Shown: positions 29,808-32,000 of the stretch, one piece after another
Layout of the letters: each line of letters opens with the position of its first letter
How positions within the stretch are numbered: the stretch's first letter is position 1
From: Zymomonas mobilis subsp. mobilis ATCC 10988
GTDB lineage: Bacteria > Pseudomonadota > Alphaproteobacteria > Sphingomonadales > Sphingomonadaceae
Direction: 5' to 3'
DNA: 32,000 bases
NCBI RefSeq assembly: GCF_000175255.2
Contig: NC_017262.1
Location: 120,001-152,000, forward strand
Translations under genes and position numbers: made by a program
Notes under the pieces: model-generated
Database searches by the model: none
Told to the model about the DNA's origin: nothing
The model's input: the letters and a program-made list of their open reading frames with translations, nothing else

Positions 29808-32000
29808 ATGAAACTCGTTGTTGTCGAATCACCGGCCAAGGCCAAAACTATCGAAAAATATCTTGGGTCGGGCTATCAGGTGCTGGCCTCTTATGGTCAT
29901 ATCCGCGATCTTCCCTCCAAGGATGGCTCTGTTAATCCCGACAACGGCTTTTCCATGGTCTGGCAAAATTATCCTGACAAAGCCCACCGCCTGAAAGCGA
30001 TTGAAGACGCGGTAAAAGAGTCTGACAGCCTCATTCTCGCGACTGACCCTGACCGCGAAGGGGAAGCGATCAGCTGGCATATTCTCGAATTGTTAAAGAC
30101 CAAAAAACTGTTACCCGATGATGTCGAACGGGTGACCTTTAACGCTATTACCAAAGCGGCTGTTACCGATGCTATGGCGCATCCTCGCCAACTCGATAAT
30201 GATTTAATCAATGCCTATCTGGCGCGTCGGGCTTTGGATTATCTCGTCGGTTTCACGCTCTCTCCGATTTTATGGCGGAAATTACCGGGCGCAAAATCAG
30301 CCGGACGGGTGCAATCAGTCGCCTTACGGCTGGTGGTTGACCGTGAGCAAGAAATAGAAGGCTTTAAACCGCAAGAATATTGGTCGGTAGAAGCCGATAT
30401 GGAAGCCGACAGTATCGGCTTTACGTCGCGACTTATCCAATGGCGCGGCCAAAAACTCGAAAAGCTGTCTATCGCAGATAAGACGCAGGCCGAGGCCGCT
30501 CAATCCGATGTTGAATCCGGTCATTTCACGGTTTCGAATGTCGAAACCAAACCGGTTTCCCGTAATCCGCAACCGCCTTTCACAACTTCGACCTTGCAAC
30601 AGGAAGCCGCCCGTAAATTGGGTTTTGCGGCCAGCCATACGATGCGCCTCGCTCAAAGCCTTTATGAAGAAGGGCTTATTACCTATATGCGGACGGACGG
30701 GGTTCAGATGGATGAAAGCGCGATTGCCGCGGCTCGAAAAACCATCACCCAACGCTATGACGGCGGCTTTGTGCCGGACAAGCCGAGACAATATCAGGTC
30801 AAAGCTAAAAATGCCCAAGAAGCCCATGAGGCTATTCGCCCAACCGATTTTTCGCGCGACAAAGCGGCCAGCGGCGATCATGCCCGTCTTTATGAACTGA
30901 TCTGGAAGCGCGCCCTTGCCAGCCAAATGGCCTCAGCCAAATTGGAACGGACAACGGTCGATTTAACCGATGGCACGGGGCAAAATGTCTTGCGGGTCAC
31001 GGGGCAGGTCGTCTTATTCTCTGGCTTTCTGACGCTTTATGAAGAAAGCGCTGACGATAACGCCAATGACCGCGATGGCAAAGAAGGCCGCGCCCGTTTG
31101 CCTTTATTACGGGCAGGCAATGCACCTTTGAAAAAAGAAGTCAGGGCAGATCAACATTTCACCCAGCCGCCGCCCCGTTATTCGGAAGCGAGCTTGGTCA
31201 AAAAAATGGAAGATTTGGGCATCGGCCGCCCATCCACTTACGCTTCGGTTATTCAGGTTCTAAAAGACCGCGCCTATGTCACGCTGGAACGCAACCGCTT
31301 CATTCCCAGCGAAGCCGGACGTTTGTTGACGGCCTTTCTTGAACGTTTCTTTGAACGTTATGTCAGCTATGACTTTACCGCGGGCTTGGAAGACAGCCTT
31401 GACGAAATTTCCGGCGGTCGGGCTGACTGGCAAAAAGTCCTTGATGCTTTCTGGCATGACTTCAAACCCAAAACCGCCGAAGTCATGGAACAACAGCCCT
31501 CGGCTATCACCGCAGAATTGGATAAATTCCTTGAACCTTGGCTTTTCCCTGACAAGGGTGACGGCCATGATCCCCGTGAATGTCCCTCCTGCCATACGGG
31601 TCGTTTGGCGTTAAAAGGTGGCCGTTTCGGTGCCTTTATTGCCTGCTCGAATTATCCCGAATGTAAATATACCCGTGGCTTTGGGCAGGGTGAAGACGGC
31701 GTTGACGATAACGAACCCGTCCTGCTCGGTTATATGCCCGAAAATTCGGATGATGACGGCTATATGGCGTTTGCAGACCAAGGGGATATTTCACCCGATA
31801 ACAACGCTTCCACCTCTGAAACAGGCGTTGCTGACGGCGGTGTCGCGGCTAATACGGCCTTTTCTGGCAAGGGGAATAGCGCATCCCATACAGACAGGGA
31901 TGACTTACCTTTTGATCCTGACGAACCCGCCTCTTCAACCGGAAATGTCGCCTCCTCACAATCCCGCATGACAGGTGACGAAACGACTTCTTCCGGTAAT
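29808..32000 (+). CDS. topA: DNA topoisomerase I, 5' part (runs off the right edge)
   Basis: ATG at 29808; MKLVVVESPAKAKTIEKYLGSGYQVLASYGHIRDLP, TDPDREGEAISWH, active-site region YMRTDGVQMDESA, cysteine-rich zinc motif. Missing from the track because it has no stop in the window. Confidence 0.97.
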   Translation, partial: MKLVVVESPAKAKTIEKYLGSGYQVLASYGHIRDLPSKDGSVNPDNGFSMVWQNYPDKAHRLKAIEDAVKESDSLILATDPDREGEAISWHILELLKTKKLLPDDVERVTFNAITKAAVTDAMAHPRQLDNDLINAYLARRALDYLVGFTLSPILWRKLPGAKSAGRVQSVALRLVVDREQEIEGFKPQEYWSVEADMEADSIGFTSRLIQWRGQKLEKLSIADKTQAEAAQSDVESGHFTVSNVETKPVSRNPQPPFTTSTLQQEAARKLGFAASHTMRLAQSLYEEGLITYMRTDGVQMDESAIAAARKTITQRYDGGFVPDKPRQYQVKAKNAQEAHEAIRPTDFSRDKAASGDHARLYELIWKRALASQMASAKLERTTVDLTDGTGQNVLRVTGQVVLFSGFLTLYEESADDNANDRDGKEGRARLPLLRAGNAPLKKEVRADQHFTQPPPRYSEASLVKKMEDLGIGRPSTYASVIQVLKDRAYVTLERNRFIPSEAGRLLTAFLERFFERYVSYDFTAGLEDSLDEISGGRADWQKVLDAFWHDFKPKTAEVMEQQPSAITAELDKFLEPWLFPDKGDGHDPRECPSCHTGRLALKGGRFGAFIACSNYPECKYTRGFGQGEDGVDDNEPVLLGYMPENSDDDGYMAFADQGDISPDNNASTSETGVADGGVAANTAFSGKGNSASHTDRDDLPFDPDEPASSTGNVASSQSRMTGDETTSSGN

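Overview
Window reads as an ordinary chromosomal segment of a Zymomonas mobilis-like alphaproteobacterium (sphingomonad relative). Housekeeping genes: rpsF (partial, -), fabD-fabG, a lipoprotein, tatABC, a RhlE-like DEAD-box helicase (-), pgi, gor, tRNA-His, kup, tRNA-Met, a nitrilase divergent from a LysR regulator, an rpiB-glyA-nrdR-trmJ cluster (-), hemA (-), murI and a DHA2-type MFS exporter (-), plsY, dprA, and topA (partial). A cas-less type I-F CRISPR array lies at 5011-5404. The most interesting stretch is 5.9-8.6 kb, a general-stress-response locus with nepR and a degenerate HisKA_2-type kinase resembling PhyP. Reading the raw sequence there, I find (i) a candidate ~105-nt minus-strand sRNA (6227-6331) with an EcfG-type promoter, two C-rich hairpin loops and a Rho-independent terminator, architecturally similar to Caulobacter GsrN; (ii) a 44-aa entericidin-family lipoprotein gene (5961-6095, -) absent from the ORF track; and (iii) a second EcfG-like promoter about 230 bp upstream of nepR. 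A 12-bp-arm palindrome over the LysR start codon is a likely autoregulatory site. Organism and family assignments come from recalled motifs; no database search was run.
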